A stretch of DNA of 64,000 nucleotides from Acidobacteriota bacterium (GTDB taxonomy: Bacteria; Acidobacteriota; UBA6911; JACQSX01). The notes below the pieces were generated by a model. It worked only from the letters and a program-made list of their open reading frames with translations. It searched no databases and was not told the DNA's origin. The stretch is from NCBI GenBank assembly GCA_036507075.1, contig DASXQR010000228.1, forward strand, positions 1 to 64,000. Reading direction: 5' to 3'. Of the stretch, positions 37,734 through 47,230 are shown piece after piece. The stretch's first letter is position 1, and each line of letters opens with the position of its first letter. A program made the position numbers and the translations under genes.

Positions 37734-39827
37734 CTAGCCGCGGTCCATGCCTTCGACGGCGGCCACGAATTCCTGAAGGCCGCCATCCAGGCCTGACCGA
37801 AAGCGCAATCGGTAGTAAAGATCGACGATCCTTCGCGAGTGCCCCTGCAATTCGTTTCCGTCAATTCGCGAAACCAGCTCCCAGCCCGTTTCACCCTTGC
37901 GCTTCTTGAAGCCGCGCCTTTCCAACTTTTTCAGAAACTGCAGATAGCAGCGAGCTACCAGGGCGGTCTCCACGCGAGAGGCCCTTTCTCGAGGCAGCAA
38001 CGCCGCCACGGCAGCCATCAGGCTGAGACGAAATCGGATCAAAACCGCCAGCACCAGGATTCCAGCCGCGCCCACCGCCGTCGGCTTCCACGGTACCTGC
38101 CAATGGTCCCACCATTCCCGCGTGATCCAGTGCGTCCACTGCAGCTTCCAGCGGCCGATCCGCCGGTCCAGATTGCCGCTTACCGAGGCGACGTTTTCGC
38201 GAATCGTCCGGAAAAATGACAACTGCTTCCAGTAGTCGTACGTCAGGATTTCAGTGGTCCAAAACATATCGACCGCGTCAAACATGTGCCCCATGGCTGC
38301 CAGCCACCCCTGGCGATCGCTGTCCGGATCGGGGGGAGTGGGATCCAGCTCAACCCATCCGATCCCGGGAAAAAAAGCTTCCACCCAGCTATGCGCGTTT
38401 GATTCCCGGACAATGAAATTGTTTCCCCAATTGTTGAATTCACCTCTTCGGAAACCGTTCACGACGCGGGCGGGAATATTGATCGACCGCAACATGACTG
38501 TTTCTGCGCTGGCGAAAAATTCGCAGTGTCCCGATCGTGATTCGAAAAGAAAGTAAGCCAGCGGATCGGCGCCGCGCGGAATATTGATGTCCAGGGAATA
38601 GCGGTAGTGAGTCTTCAGATAGTCTTCCAGAGCCAGCGCTTTTCGACGGGCATCCGCAAAAGGTCCGGTGACGCTCAGAGTGAGATCACGGACTCTGGGA
38701 TCCAGCTCTGGAAGTGACAAGTAGCGGCGCATCACTGGAGGCGGAACTACTCCCTGCACCGGTAGAGCCAGCAACTGGCCGCGATTGACAAGTTTCGAGA
38801 ACACGGTGTACTTGCTTCCGCTGGGGCGCTTCTTGTAGAAATAATTTTCACCCTCGACCCTTAACTGCTGTACTTCATTTGAAACCGTAAGCAGCCGCGG
38901 CGCGTGAAACAGAACCCCGGGCGCCTGGGGCTCGACGACGAAAACCTGCTTGAGCACTTCGTCGGGGCGGTAACTTTCCCCGCTGAGCTGATAACCACCA
39001 CTGATATTCGGCATAACGGGATGCCCGTCCACATTCAGCCGGTTCCAGGAGGAGCCATCGAAGTTATTGAGACTCATGCCGCGCCACTTAAGGTCGTACG
39101 GTATCTGCTCAATCGGACGGTCGACCTTCACGCGCATCACCACGGTCTGGTTTAACTTGAGACGCCCGATATCTCCAAGGTGGACCTGGTCGCTGAAGCC
39201 CGAAATCGCTCCCCGGACGCTCGAATAACCGAGAAATGTCACGGGGAAGCGGGGCACAACGAAGAAAAACGGAACCGCCAGCACGCATACCAGCAATGCC
39301 AGGCCTGTTGTGTTGAGAAAGAAAACTCTCGGTCCCCAGAAATCCTCCCCCACGCAGCGATCTCCAAAAGCCCGCTTGGATGAATAGATCTCGTACAGAA
39401 TCAGGCATGCGACGCCGAACAGCACGAACAGGAAAACGTTGACCAAAAAGAGGATGTTGATTGTGAACGTGGTGGCGATCAGTAACTGTGCCAGCGAGAA
39501 CAAATAGAGAAACAGATAGTCCCGCGGACCTTTCTGGCTGAAAAGTTTGATAGCCGACACGAAAAACACCAGGTGAACCGTGGCCACGACGGCGCGCGAG
39601 ATATAGATCAGATCGATAAGGTAAAAAGCCAGATACAGAAAGATCAGGACATTCTGCAGGCGCGAAGGAAGGGCGCTTTTGCGTTCGTCCCACCACCAAC
39701 TGCTCACCAGGACCAGGCAGTACAAAACAACACCCGTCAGATCGACCGCCCCGGTGAAAGCGAGAGCCAGAAAACCGTTGGTGAACAGTCCGTATGAAGC
39801 AATTTTGAAGAGCCGTTGAAACCTCAT
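37734..39827 (-). CDS. DUF3488/transglutaminase (TgpA-like) membrane protein
   Basis: N-terminal TMs, SGFSD.V.LG, GHCEFFASA, ARVVNGF, AHSWVE, W.E.DPTP. Confidence 0.92.
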   Translation of the reverse strand: MRFQRLFKIASYGLFTNGFLALAFTGAVDLTGVVLYCLVLVSSWWWDERKSALPSRLQNVLIFLYLAFYLIDLIYISRAVVATVHLVFFVSAIKLFSQKGPRDYLFLYLFSLAQLLIATTFTINILFLVNVFLFVLFGVACLILYEIYSSKRAFGDRCVGEDFWGPRVFFLNTTGLALLVCVLAVPFFFVVPRFPVTFLGYSSVRGAISGFSDQVHLGDIGRLKLNQTVVMRVKVDRPIEQIPYDLKWRGMSLNNFDGSSWNRLNVDGHPVMPNISGGYQLSGESYRPDEVLKQVFVVEPQAPGVLFHAPRLLTVSNEVQQLRVEGENYFYKKRPSGSKYTVFSKLVNRGQLLALPVQGVVPPPVMRRYLSLPELDPRVRDLTLSVTGPFADARRKALALEDYLKTHYRYSLDINIPRGADPLAYFLFESRSGHCEFFASAETVMLRSINIPARVVNGFRRGEFNNWGNNFIVRESNAHSWVEAFFPGIGWVELDPTPPDPDSDRQGWLAAMGHMFDAVDMFWTTEILTYDYWKQLSFFRTIRENVASVSGNLDRRIGRWKLQWTHWITREWWDHWQVPWKPTAVGAAGILVLAVLIRFRLSLMAAVAALLPRERASRVETALVARCYLQFLKKLERRGFKKRKGETGWELVSRIDGNELQGHSRRIVDLYYRLRFRSGLDGGLQEFVAAVEGMDRG

Positions 39828-41182
39828 AATTGATTGAAAAACACCACGTGCGACGTCCGCCAGACGGCTCCCGGCACCGAACCCTGGACAGCCGGAGTAA
39901 TAACAATCTTGAATACTTCGTCCGGGCGCACGTAACCGATATATTTCGGGATCAAGTCCCAGAAGACAGCCTCGGGCGATGCCACTTCAAGACGCGCCAG
40001 CATTTCAAGGATCTCCACCAACTGTTCGCGCCGCGGGCGATCCAAGATGCTCGCCCCGCCGGCGGTCATCAGTTGCACCTGAGCTCCTTCATCGTGAAAA
40101 TGCGACGCGATGCTGGCCGCCAGCGTGATCGCCCGCTCAAACTTTTCGTGAAGCCTGGTGTTGTCAAGGCAGATGCAAACTCTTTTCTCTTCCACTCGTG
40201 AAAAGTCCCGCACCATCAACCGGCCGGTTTTGGCCGTGGACCGCCAGTGAACTTGTCTGATGCCGTCGGTACTCTGGTATTCCCGGATCTGGTATAGTCC
40301 CTCGCCCTGCCCCTTCCTGAATGATTCGAGATCTCCCTGCAGAAATGGAAGCAGGTGCGCAAAGTCATCGATCGGCACAATCTCGGGATAGACCAGGACT
40401 TCGCGCTCCGGATTGAGGACCTTTCCCCTCTGAAAGAATCCGAAGGGAAAGCGCGTCATCAGGTTCACATAGGAAATTCGATAAACACCGCGTGTGGGAA
40501 AGGTGAACTGGATGCCCTGGGATAGAGTCCGCTCTCCATCTAAAAACGGAAAATAAAGCCGCGTTAGATACTCACTTCCGTCCGATCCCTCCAGATGCGT
40601 TTCGGCGCGAAGCGAGAATGTCGGCACCCAGCGTTTCTCGTTGCGCAGTGTCCAGAGGAATTGGCTCGGACGGGAGGCATACACGTAATCGGGAAAGCGA
40701 TAGCCGATGGCCAGCCCGCTCAGCGTCAGTTTGGCGAGGATTCCCGAAATAAGATAAGAGACAAGAAGCGTGGAGACAATCAGGAACAGAAGATTGTTGC
40801 CGGTGTTTACAGCCGCCAGAGTTACAACTACGATCAGGAAAGTGACAAAAACTCCCTGGCCGGTGAAGCTGAACAGTTTTGCCGAACCCAGGAATTCCCA
40901 GCGAATGTTTTCCAGGAGTTTGGGGATCAGCATCAGGGATGACAGCATGGCCAGCACCAGCGCCAGCATCGCCAGCACCGTGGCTGCGAGCGGATTGCCG
41001 CTGCGGGCGGCGGCCGATGAGGCGAGAGCCGCCGTCAGCGCGACCGCCAGAACGATGGAGCCGGGAACAAAGCTTCGCCAGCTCCCGGTTCGATGAATAC
41101 GGGACTCGCGCTTCAGGGTCGCCGTCTTTCGAGCCGGCGGCGCCGGGCGTTCTTCTTCGTCAGAGCGTAGTCCGGATTTCAT
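39824..41182 (-). CDS. DUF58 domain protein
   Basis: AAVNTGNN, RG.Y, FPFG, IREYQ..D..RQVHWRSTAK. Confidence 0.92.
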   Translation of the reverse strand: MKSGLRSDEEERPAPPARKTATLKRESRIHRTGSWRSFVPGSIVLAVALTAALASSAAARSGNPLAATVLAMLALVLAMLSSLMLIPKLLENIRWEFLGSAKLFSFTGQGVFVTFLIVVVTLAAVNTGNNLLFLIVSTLLVSYLISGILAKLTLSGLAIGYRFPDYVYASRPSQFLWTLRNEKRWVPTFSLRAETHLEGSDGSEYLTRLYFPFLDGERTLSQGIQFTFPTRGVYRISYVNLMTRFPFGFFQRGKVLNPEREVLVYPEIVPIDDFAHLLPFLQGDLESFRKGQGEGLYQIREYQSTDGIRQVHWRSTAKTGRLMVRDFSRVEEKRVCICLDNTRLHEKFERAITLAASIASHFHDEGAQVQLMTAGGASILDRPRREQLVEILEMLARLEVASPEAVFWDLIPKYIGYVRPDEVFKIVITPAVQGSVPGAVWRTSHVVFFNQL

Positions 41183-42111
41183 GCAGGCACTTCCACCTCT
41201 TCCAGAATCTGGCCGATGATGCCTTCCGCCTCTTCGCTCTTCTTTAACACCGTGGTGTAGCGAGCGCTGATGACCACGCGATGGGCCAGCACCGGAACGG
41301 CGAGTTTTTTGACGTCATCGGGAACCACATAGTCGCGTCCGTGCAGATATGCCTCTGCCTGTGCGGCGCGATACAACCCCACGCTGCCGCGCGGGCTGAT
41401 TCCAAGACTGAGATATTCGGTGTTGCGGGTACGATTCACGATTGCCATCAGGTAATCTTCCAGCACATCGTTGAATTTGACACGCGCAACCTCCTCCTGG
41501 ACCGCCAGCAATTCATTCCCCGACATGACGGCATTCAAGTCGCGATAACCGCCCGCCGTTTGATCTCGAAGGATCTGTTTTTCGCCGGCTGAATCGGGAT
41601 ATCCCATCCGGATGCGCATCAGGAAGCGGTCAAGCTGCGACTCGGGAAGTGGATATGTCCCGTGATGCTCGATAGGGTTTTGAGTGGCGATAACGATGAA
41701 TGGCTGCGGCAGCGTGTAGGTGTTGCCGTCCACAGTGATCTGCTTCTCGTTCATCGCCTCCAGCAGCGCGCTTTGGGTTTTCGGCGTGGTGCGATTGATT
41801 TCGTCCGCCAGAATCACATGAGCAAACAGCGGCCCGGGCCGAAACTCGAACTCATTCATCTTCGGATTAAATACCGAAACGCCGATCAGGTCGGACGGCA
41901 GCAAGTCGCTGGTGAACTGAATCTTGTGGAAAGTGCAGCCCAGGGACCGTGCCAGAACCTGCGCCAAAGTGGTCTTTCCGACACCCGGCACATCCTCAAT
42001 CAGAAGATGGCCTCCTGCCAGCACACAAGTGAGGGCCAAATCCAGAATATCCGACTTGCCGCGTATTACGGATTCAAGCGAGTGTCTGAGTTTTTCAATC
42101 GAGTTGTACAA
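41179..42111 (-). CDS. MoxR family AAA+ ATPase
   Basis: EDVPGVGKT, QFTSDLLPSD, LADEINR, ATQNP, PESQLDRF, SPRG. Confidence 0.95.
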   Translation of the reverse strand: MYNSIEKLRHSLESVIRGKSDILDLALTCVLAGGHLLIEDVPGVGKTTLAQVLARSLGCTFHKIQFTSDLLPSDLIGVSVFNPKMNEFEFRPGPLFAHVILADEINRTTPKTQSALLEAMNEKQITVDGNTYTLPQPFIVIATQNPIEHHGTYPLPESQLDRFLMRIRMGYPDSAGEKQILRDQTAGGYRDLNAVMSGNELLAVQEEVARVKFNDVLEDYLMAIVNRTRNTEYLSLGISPRGSVGLYRAAQAEAYLHGRDYVVPDDVKKLAVPVLAHRVVISARYTTVLKKSEEAEGIIGQILEEVEVPA

Positions 42112-42222
42112 ATCGCCTACCTCAAGAATGGCTATTTTACCCCAGTGACGGTGTGTTACGGGTTACGAGTTGCGGCAGAGTCGCGACCGTAAGCGTGGAT
42201 TGTCCAACAAAATGAACCGCCA

Positions 42223-42552
42223 AGATGGAGGGACTGAGGGATGGAGGGATGGAGGGATGGAGGGATGGAGGGATGGAGGGATGGAGGGATGGAGGGACGG
42301 AGGGACTGAGGGACGGAGGGATGGAGGGACGGAGGGATGGAGGGACGGAGGGATGGAGGGACGGAGGGATGGAGGGACGGAGGGAGGACTAGCCTGAAAT
42401 CCCCGTGACCCTCTCTATCCCTCTATCTCTTTGTCCCTCTATCCCTCTATCCCTCTATCCCTCTATCCCTCAATCCCTCTATCCCCCTATCCCTCTATCC
42501 CTCTGTCCCTTCCTCTCTCCATCCCTCTCAATAGGGGTCTGTCCCCTTTTTT
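42223..42552. repeat. inverted octamer arrays (GGAGGGAY)~20 ... (ATCCCTCT)n plus GGGGTCTGTCCCC module
   Basis: Visible arrays 42226-42385 and ~42408-42530. Confidence 0.93.
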
Positions 42553-42554
42553 GC

Positions 42555-42938
42555 TCAAACCTCGTATGTCGTAATCTCAATTTGAATCCCGTCAGGGTCC
42601 TGAAAATAGATCGAGTGTGCCATATCGTGGTCTTCGAATTGAAATGGAATTCCTCGGCTGGATAATGCGGCTTGAGCCTGTTGAAAATCCTCACGCGCGG
42701 CTCTGAAGGCGAGATGACGAATGCCTGCTTCGCCCGCGTCCGGGTGTTTCCATTTGGGCGCCTGTGGAGCGCGAAACAAAGCCACGCAGGTGGAACCTGC
42801 GCAAAGCATGACAGGCATTTCCCAGTTTCGGTGGCGTCGCTCCAAACCCAAGACATCCCGGTACCAGGCGACCGACTCCTCCATGTCCGAAACATTGATG
42901 GCAATATGATCAATTCCTTCAAGCTTGAAGGTAGCCAT
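42555..42938 (-). CDS. VOC/glyoxalase family protein
   Basis: IDHIAINVSD....WY..VLGL, HLAF, SIYFQDPDG..IE. Confidence 0.92.
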   Translation of the reverse strand: MATFKLEGIDHIAINVSDMEESVAWYRDVLGLERRHRNWEMPVMLCAGSTCVALFRAPQAPKWKHPDAGEAGIRHLAFRAAREDFQQAQAALSSRGIPFQFEDHDMAHSIYFQDPDGIQIEITTYEV

Positions 42939-42950
42939 GGCAATTCCCTG

Positions 42951-44255
42951 TCAGAGGGCGCAGGTACGAAATCCGGCAAAGACGTCGCGGCGGTCCATGG
43001 TGTAGAAATTACGCCACGTGTTTCGAATCAGCCGCGAGCGGGTCGCCCAGCAACCGCCGCGCAGGACCTTGTAGTCACCGCCAAACCAGGGCTCCGAGTA
43101 TTCTTTGTAGGGATCTGCGACAAAACCCGGATAAGGCTGGAACGCATCGGCTGTCCACTCCCACACGTTGCCGATCATCTGGCGACACCCGAAGGCGCTT
43201 TCCCCCTGCTTGCATGCGCTGACCGGGCTGCAACCGATCCAGTTTGCGTCCAGGGGAGCGAGCTCAGGCGACGGAGGCCGATCTCCCCAGGGGAAGCGTC
43301 GTTTCGTCTGTGAGCAGGCACCAAGGGGCGCAGGTTCTGCCGATGCCGCTTTTTCCCATTCTGCCTCAGTGGGCAGCCGGCGCCCCGCCCAGCGGCAATA
43401 GGCCTGGGCCTCGTGCCAATTCACATGAATCAAGGCGACATCCTTCTCTAGCGGAATTATCTGATTGAAATGGCGCTGCAACCATTTGCCGGATGAATCA
43501 GGAGTCCAGTACAGAGGATGTTGAGCCGCCGCACCCTCCTTCCAAAACCATCCACTGTCACTCCAGTGGCGGCGTTGCCGGTAGCCGCCGTCATTGACAA
43601 AGTCGGTAAACTCGCCGTTGGTCACCGGGGTTCTTGCAATCAAAAATCGGCCGACGTCCACTGGATGGCACCACTTCTCGTTATCAAAAACGAACTCCTC
43701 GCCGCGCTCTGCTCCCAGCAGGAAGGCTCCCTCGGGAATTTCAATATCACGAAAAGGTTTTTCCTCTGAAGTCGATGCAGCAGGCGGCACAACCGCGTCG
43801 TTTGGCCGCGGCGCCGGATATGACAAGGTATGGCGCGTATAGGTGAACGCCTCGCCGTGCATGTCCTCATGCATCACAGCCAGCCAGTGGAAGTAAGCCT
43901 GTTGGTCTGTTGCTTCCTGACGTTCGAGTCCTTCCAGCACGCAGTCCAGAACATCCTGCATATATCTCAGCGTTTCTTTGCGAGAAGGGAGCGAGAGGTC
44001 CCAACGTGTGTCGTGCGCGACGGCGGCGGAATCCCACAATTGATCTGCATCTTTGCGGATCGACGGCAATCCACACAGGTGCCGCAACGCCCATTTCTCC
44101 TGGAACCAGGCAACGTGTCCGAGTTCCCACACTGGAGGATTAATGATAGAAAGAAGGGGAGTCTTCAACTGTTCGTCTGAAAGATCTGCCTGCAGTTCCA
44201 GCGTGCGCTTGCGGGTGTCCTGAAGCATGGAAATCAGTTCCCGCGAACTGAACAC
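42951..44255 (-). CDS. senA: selenoneine synthase-like EgtB homolog (DinB_2 + FGE-sulfatase)
   Basis: NPPVWELGHVAWFQEKW, HEDMHGE metal motif, FDNE, RLPTEAEWE, GNVWEW, WRNFY..DRRDVFAGFRT; next to senB; start could be 44255 or 44291. Confidence 0.8.
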   Translation of the reverse strand: MFSSRELISMLQDTRKRTLELQADLSDEQLKTPLLSIINPPVWELGHVAWFQEKWALRHLCGLPSIRKDADQLWDSAAVAHDTRWDLSLPSRKETLRYMQDVLDCVLEGLERQEATDQQAYFHWLAVMHEDMHGEAFTYTRHTLSYPAPRPNDAVVPPAASTSEEKPFRDIEIPEGAFLLGAERGEEFVFDNEKWCHPVDVGRFLIARTPVTNGEFTDFVNDGGYRQRRHWSDSGWFWKEGAAAQHPLYWTPDSSGKWLQRHFNQIIPLEKDVALIHVNWHEAQAYCRWAGRRLPTEAEWEKAASAEPAPLGACSQTKRRFPWGDRPPSPELAPLDANWIGCSPVSACKQGESAFGCRQMIGNVWEWTADAFQPYPGFVADPYKEYSEPWFGGDYKVLRGGCWATRSRLIRNTWRNFYTMDRRDVFAGFRTCAL

Positions 44256-44341
44256 CTCCCTTTTCCGTGTTGTGCCAGTGTTGATGCTCAAGGAGAATTC
44301 ACCTGTATTGTTTCCGGAAAACATAACATAACCATGACTGT

Positions 44342-45313
44342 ATGAAAATTCGGATGATATCTCCGGCCCCCTCGCGAAGCCTTTACGGAAACAGCATAAC
44401 CAGCCTTCGATGGCAGGGCATTCTGGAAGAGCTGGGACACCGGGTCGAAGTGACGCAGAAGTATGGCGGCGAACCATGCGATCTTCTTGTTGCGCTGCAT
44501 GCCAAGAAGAGCAGCCAGGCAGTATTTCGCTTCAGGGAAGCCTATCACGACAAGCCGATCATTGTTGCCCTTACCGGCACTGACGTTTATCGGGACATGC
44601 GCCTGTCAGCGCGGGCGCGGCGGGCTATCGGCTTGGCAACGCGGTTGATTGTGCTGCAGCCGCTGGCTGTTCAGGAATTGCCGCCGGGCATGCGACGAAA
44701 GGCGCGCGTCATTTTCCAATCTGCTGAAAAAACAGACAACGCGAAGAATCGGAGCAGCCGTTTTTTTGATGTGTGTGTCGTGGGACATTTGCGGGCCGTC
44801 AAGGATCCGTTCCGAGCCGCGTACGCAAGTCGTCTCCTGCCGGCCGGCTCTAAGATTCGAGTATTTCACCTTGGGGACGCGCGAGATAGAGCATTGGCTG
44901 CAAAAGCGAGAACCGAGCAGAATCGCAACCCCCGCTATCGATGGCTGGGCAGCAAATCGCACGCAGAAACTCTTCGCCATATCGCTGCCAGCCGCCTTCT
45001 GGTATTAAGCTCACGCATGGAAGGCGGGGCGAACGTGATTTCGGAAGCCGTCGCAAATCGCGTGCCGATTCTCGCTTCCCGGATCCCCGGCACGCTGGGG
45101 CTGTTGGGCCGCTATTATCCCGGTTACTTTCCGGTGGGGGACACACGCTCGCTCGCTGACCTGCTGTTGAAATCCGAACAAGACAGGGCCTTTTATTCGA
45201 GACTGAAGGCCCACTGCTCGACCCTGGCACCTCTGTTTCGCCCTTCGTATGAAAAGCAAGCATGGATGGAATTGCTCGAGGAATTGAGATTGAAAGCCAG
45301 TCGTGTTGAGTAG
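44342..45313 (+). CDS. senB: selenosugar synthase-like GT-B glycosyltransferase (TIGR04348-type)
   Basis: GN..T..RW, ALHA.KS, LTGTD.YRD, VGHLR.VKDP, SRMEGGANV.SEA, GLLG..YPGYF. Confidence 0.85.
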   Translation: MKIRMISPAPSRSLYGNSITSLRWQGILEELGHRVEVTQKYGGEPCDLLVALHAKKSSQAVFRFREAYHDKPIIVALTGTDVYRDMRLSARARRAIGLATRLIVLQPLAVQELPPGMRRKARVIFQSAEKTDNAKNRSSRFFDVCVVGHLRAVKDPFRAAYASRLLPAGSKIRVFHLGDARDRALAAKARTEQNRNPRYRWLGSKSHAETLRHIAASRLLVLSSRMEGGANVISEAVANRVPILASRIPGTLGLLGRYYPGYFPVGDTRSLADLLLKSEQDRAFYSRLKAHCSTLAPLFRPSYEKQAWMELLEELRLKASRVE

Positions 45314-45338
45314 AGTCTGTGAAGCCGGCCGCGTCTTA

Positions 45339-45433
45339 TTCACCGCCGAGCCGCTGAGTACGCCGAGATCTCGCGGAGGATGGGTTTTGAAGACTCCGCG
45401 AAATCTTGGCGATCTTAGCGGCTCGGCGGTGAA
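45339..45433. repeat. palindrome with TTCACC-GCCGAG arms
   Basis: TTCACCGCCGAGCCGCTGAG...CTTAGCGGCTCGGCGGTGAA. Confidence 0.85.
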
Positions 45434-45617
45434 AGCAGGGTGCCGATTCAAACGGGCCTGGATTCGTGCACGGCGCTCTTACACAACTGGACGGGCTTCC
45501 GGGGGTCTAAATTCGACAAAAAACCAACCATTCGCCTTCCTCAAGGGTCTAAGCCGGTACCAAATCGGCCTTCGGGAATTCCGCGCTTGAGACAAGGCCA
45601 GGAATTGCCCATGAAAT

Positions 45618-45643
45618 TGAACCTTTAAAACGCGGTTTTCGTA
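45618..45643 (+). promoter_or_regulatory. candidate ECF-sigma promoter
   Basis: TGAACC-N16-CGTA, one mismatch to the SigW-type TGAAAC-N16-CGTA, 23 nt before the DUF4097 start. Confidence 0.5.
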
Positions 45644-45666
45644 TCAAACCGGAGTGGAGGTGGTAA

Positions 45667-46692
45667 ATGAAACTGACATTGAAGTCTGGCTTGTTCTTGT
45701 CTCTGCTGCTCGCGGGCGCCTGCTCGTGGGAAAGCGCCGCCCTCGAAGCGATGGGGTGGGAAGGAATAGATCGCACCGTAAATCGCACATTTCAGGTCAG
45801 GCCGGGGGGGAAACTCACCGTCGAATCCGATCTCGGCTCCATCCAGGTCAAGTCAACCAGCTCGGACCGGGTTGACGTCGAAGTGATCCGAAAGGTCAAC
45901 GCGCGCGATGATGCGGAAGCGGATAAGATCTTAAGAGACCTGGACTTGCAGATCACCCAGTCGGGAAGTGATGTTCAGGTTCGCGCCAAGCTGCCTAGAC
46001 ATTTTGGCTGGGACAATTGGGGCAGGCATTTGCGACTGGCCTTCAATATTAATGTTCCGCGGAGCTTCAACGTCGACCTCCAGACTTCCGGCGGATCAAT
46101 CGGAGTTGACGATCTGCAGGGAGAAGTACGAAGCAAGACCTCAGGCGGCAGTTTGAGATTTGGGCATATTCAGGGCCCCGTTCATGGAAGGACGTCCGGG
46201 GGAAGCATTCACCTGGATTCCTGCAACGGCAATGCCGACGTGGAGACATCAGGCGGCAGCATCCAGATGGGAGACGTCGAAGGTGATGTCAGAGCGGACA
46301 CATCGGGCGGCTCGATCCGAATCGCCCGAGTTCAAGGGACCGTAAAGGCGGAAACGTCCGGCGGCAGTATTGACGTGGAAGAAGTGATGGGCCAGATTCA
46401 GGCAAGCACTTCGGGTGGGGGAGTTTCGGCAAGTATTTCGCGCCAGCCGCGCGGCGATTGCCGGCTCTCTACTTCCGGCGGCTCGATCAACGTCAACCTG
46501 GCCGACAGAATCGCGGTCGACCTTGATGCCGAAACCAGCGGAGGACATGTACGGGTGGATTTTCCCGTCACGATTCAAGGCGCTATCAGCAAAACCGAAC
46601 TTCGAACACCGCTGAATGGAGGCGGCCCAAAACTGTTTTTGCGCACCTCGGGGGGAAACGTCAACGTTCGCCGCTTGGGCGCCGACAAGTAG
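45667..46692 (+). CDS. DUF4097 beta-strand repeat protein
   Basis: Signal peptide; about 10 TSGGSI repeats; GGAGG RBS. Confidence 0.92.
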   Translation: MKLTLKSGLFLSLLLAGACSWESAALEAMGWEGIDRTVNRTFQVRPGGKLTVESDLGSIQVKSTSSDRVDVEVIRKVNARDDAEADKILRDLDLQITQSGSDVQVRAKLPRHFGWDNWGRHLRLAFNINVPRSFNVDLQTSGGSIGVDDLQGEVRSKTSGGSLRFGHIQGPVHGRTSGGSIHLDSCNGNADVETSGGSIQMGDVEGDVRADTSGGSIRIARVQGTVKAETSGGSIDVEEVMGQIQASTSGGGVSASISRQPRGDCRLSTSGGSINVNLADRIAVDLDAETSGGHVRVDFPVTIQGAISKTELRTPLNGGGPKLFLRTSGGNVNVRRLGADK

Positions 46693-46694
46693 GA

Positions 46695-46720
46695 GTTGAG
46701 CACGAAAATTCGTGCTCAAC
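46695..46720 (+). terminator. 12-bp hairpin just after the stop (terminator-like; CACGAA repeat family)
   Basis: GTTGAGCACGAA-AA-TTCGTGCTCAAC; no U-tract. Confidence 0.45.
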
Positions 46721-46874
46721 CCCCACACCGTAAACTCTGCGCCCGGACAGCAAAATCTTCCGGTTGAGCCCGGCTTACCCCTACCTCCTTTCCTCGATTT
46801 ACACCTCTTATTTCGTCGAATTAAGCCGTGAAAATGGGCCTTCCATCAAAAGGTTTAAGACGATTAACCCGAGT

Positions 46875-46890
46875 TGGCATCTCTTTTGCT
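46875..46890 (+). promoter_or_regulatory. sigma54 (-24/-12) promoter
   Basis: TGGCAT-CTCTT-TTGCT fits TGGCAC-N5-TTGCW. Confidence 0.7.
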
Positions 46891-46981
46891 TAACCAAGCC
46901 ATAGAAGTTTGAAGGATAGCAGTCATGGAAGCTGAGACAAGGGTCTCTGGAGAAAATCAGATAAGGCTTTAGGAGAGAGTC

Positions 46982-47155
46982 ATGTACGACATTTTGGGAA
47001 TTCTTTTTCTGGTTTCGATCAGTGCAATTTTCCTCTTAATTCCGCTCGCTGTTGGGGCGATGCTGGTGTGGATCTTCGATCGATTGGTTCCGTTATTTAA
47101 TTCTCGCCGCAGCACATTTTCATTCCACAGAAAGCCCACCGGAGTTGAACGCTGA
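46982..47155 (+). CDS. small membrane protein, 57 aa (missing from ORF track)
   Basis: AGGAGA RBS; MYDILGILFLVSISAIFLLIPLAVGAMLVWIFDR...; downstream of the sigma54 motif. Confidence 0.6.
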   Translation: MYDILGILFLVSISAIFLLIPLAVGAMLVWIFDRLVPLFNSRRSTFSFHRKPTGVER

Positions 47156-47163
47156 TTTCCATT

Positions 47164-47229
47164 AACACGAATTTCACGAATCTTTTGAATGACTTCGTGA
47201 AATTCGTGTCCATTCGTGAGAATTCGTGA
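47164..47229. repeat. CACGAATT/AATTCGTG palindromic element
   Basis: Same family as 5342-5463. Confidence 0.8.
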
Positions 47230-47230
47230 C

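Noticed and set aside
42223..42530. Tandem arrays as a CRISPR array
   Set aside because: Units are 4-9 nt with no unique spacers, and there are no cas genes. The same holds for all arrays in the window.
42170..42665. Low-complexity ORFs (GGMEGWRD..., SIPLSL...; also 11756-11953, 37499-37894, 55789-56142)
   Set aside because: They arise from stop-free tandem repeats, with no coding evidence.
42951..44255. Ordinary ergothioneine egtB, or formylglycine-generating enzyme
   Set aside because: The N-terminal motif and the adjacent TIGR04348-type GT favour SenA, and there is no egtD. This is not fully excluded without an HMM search.
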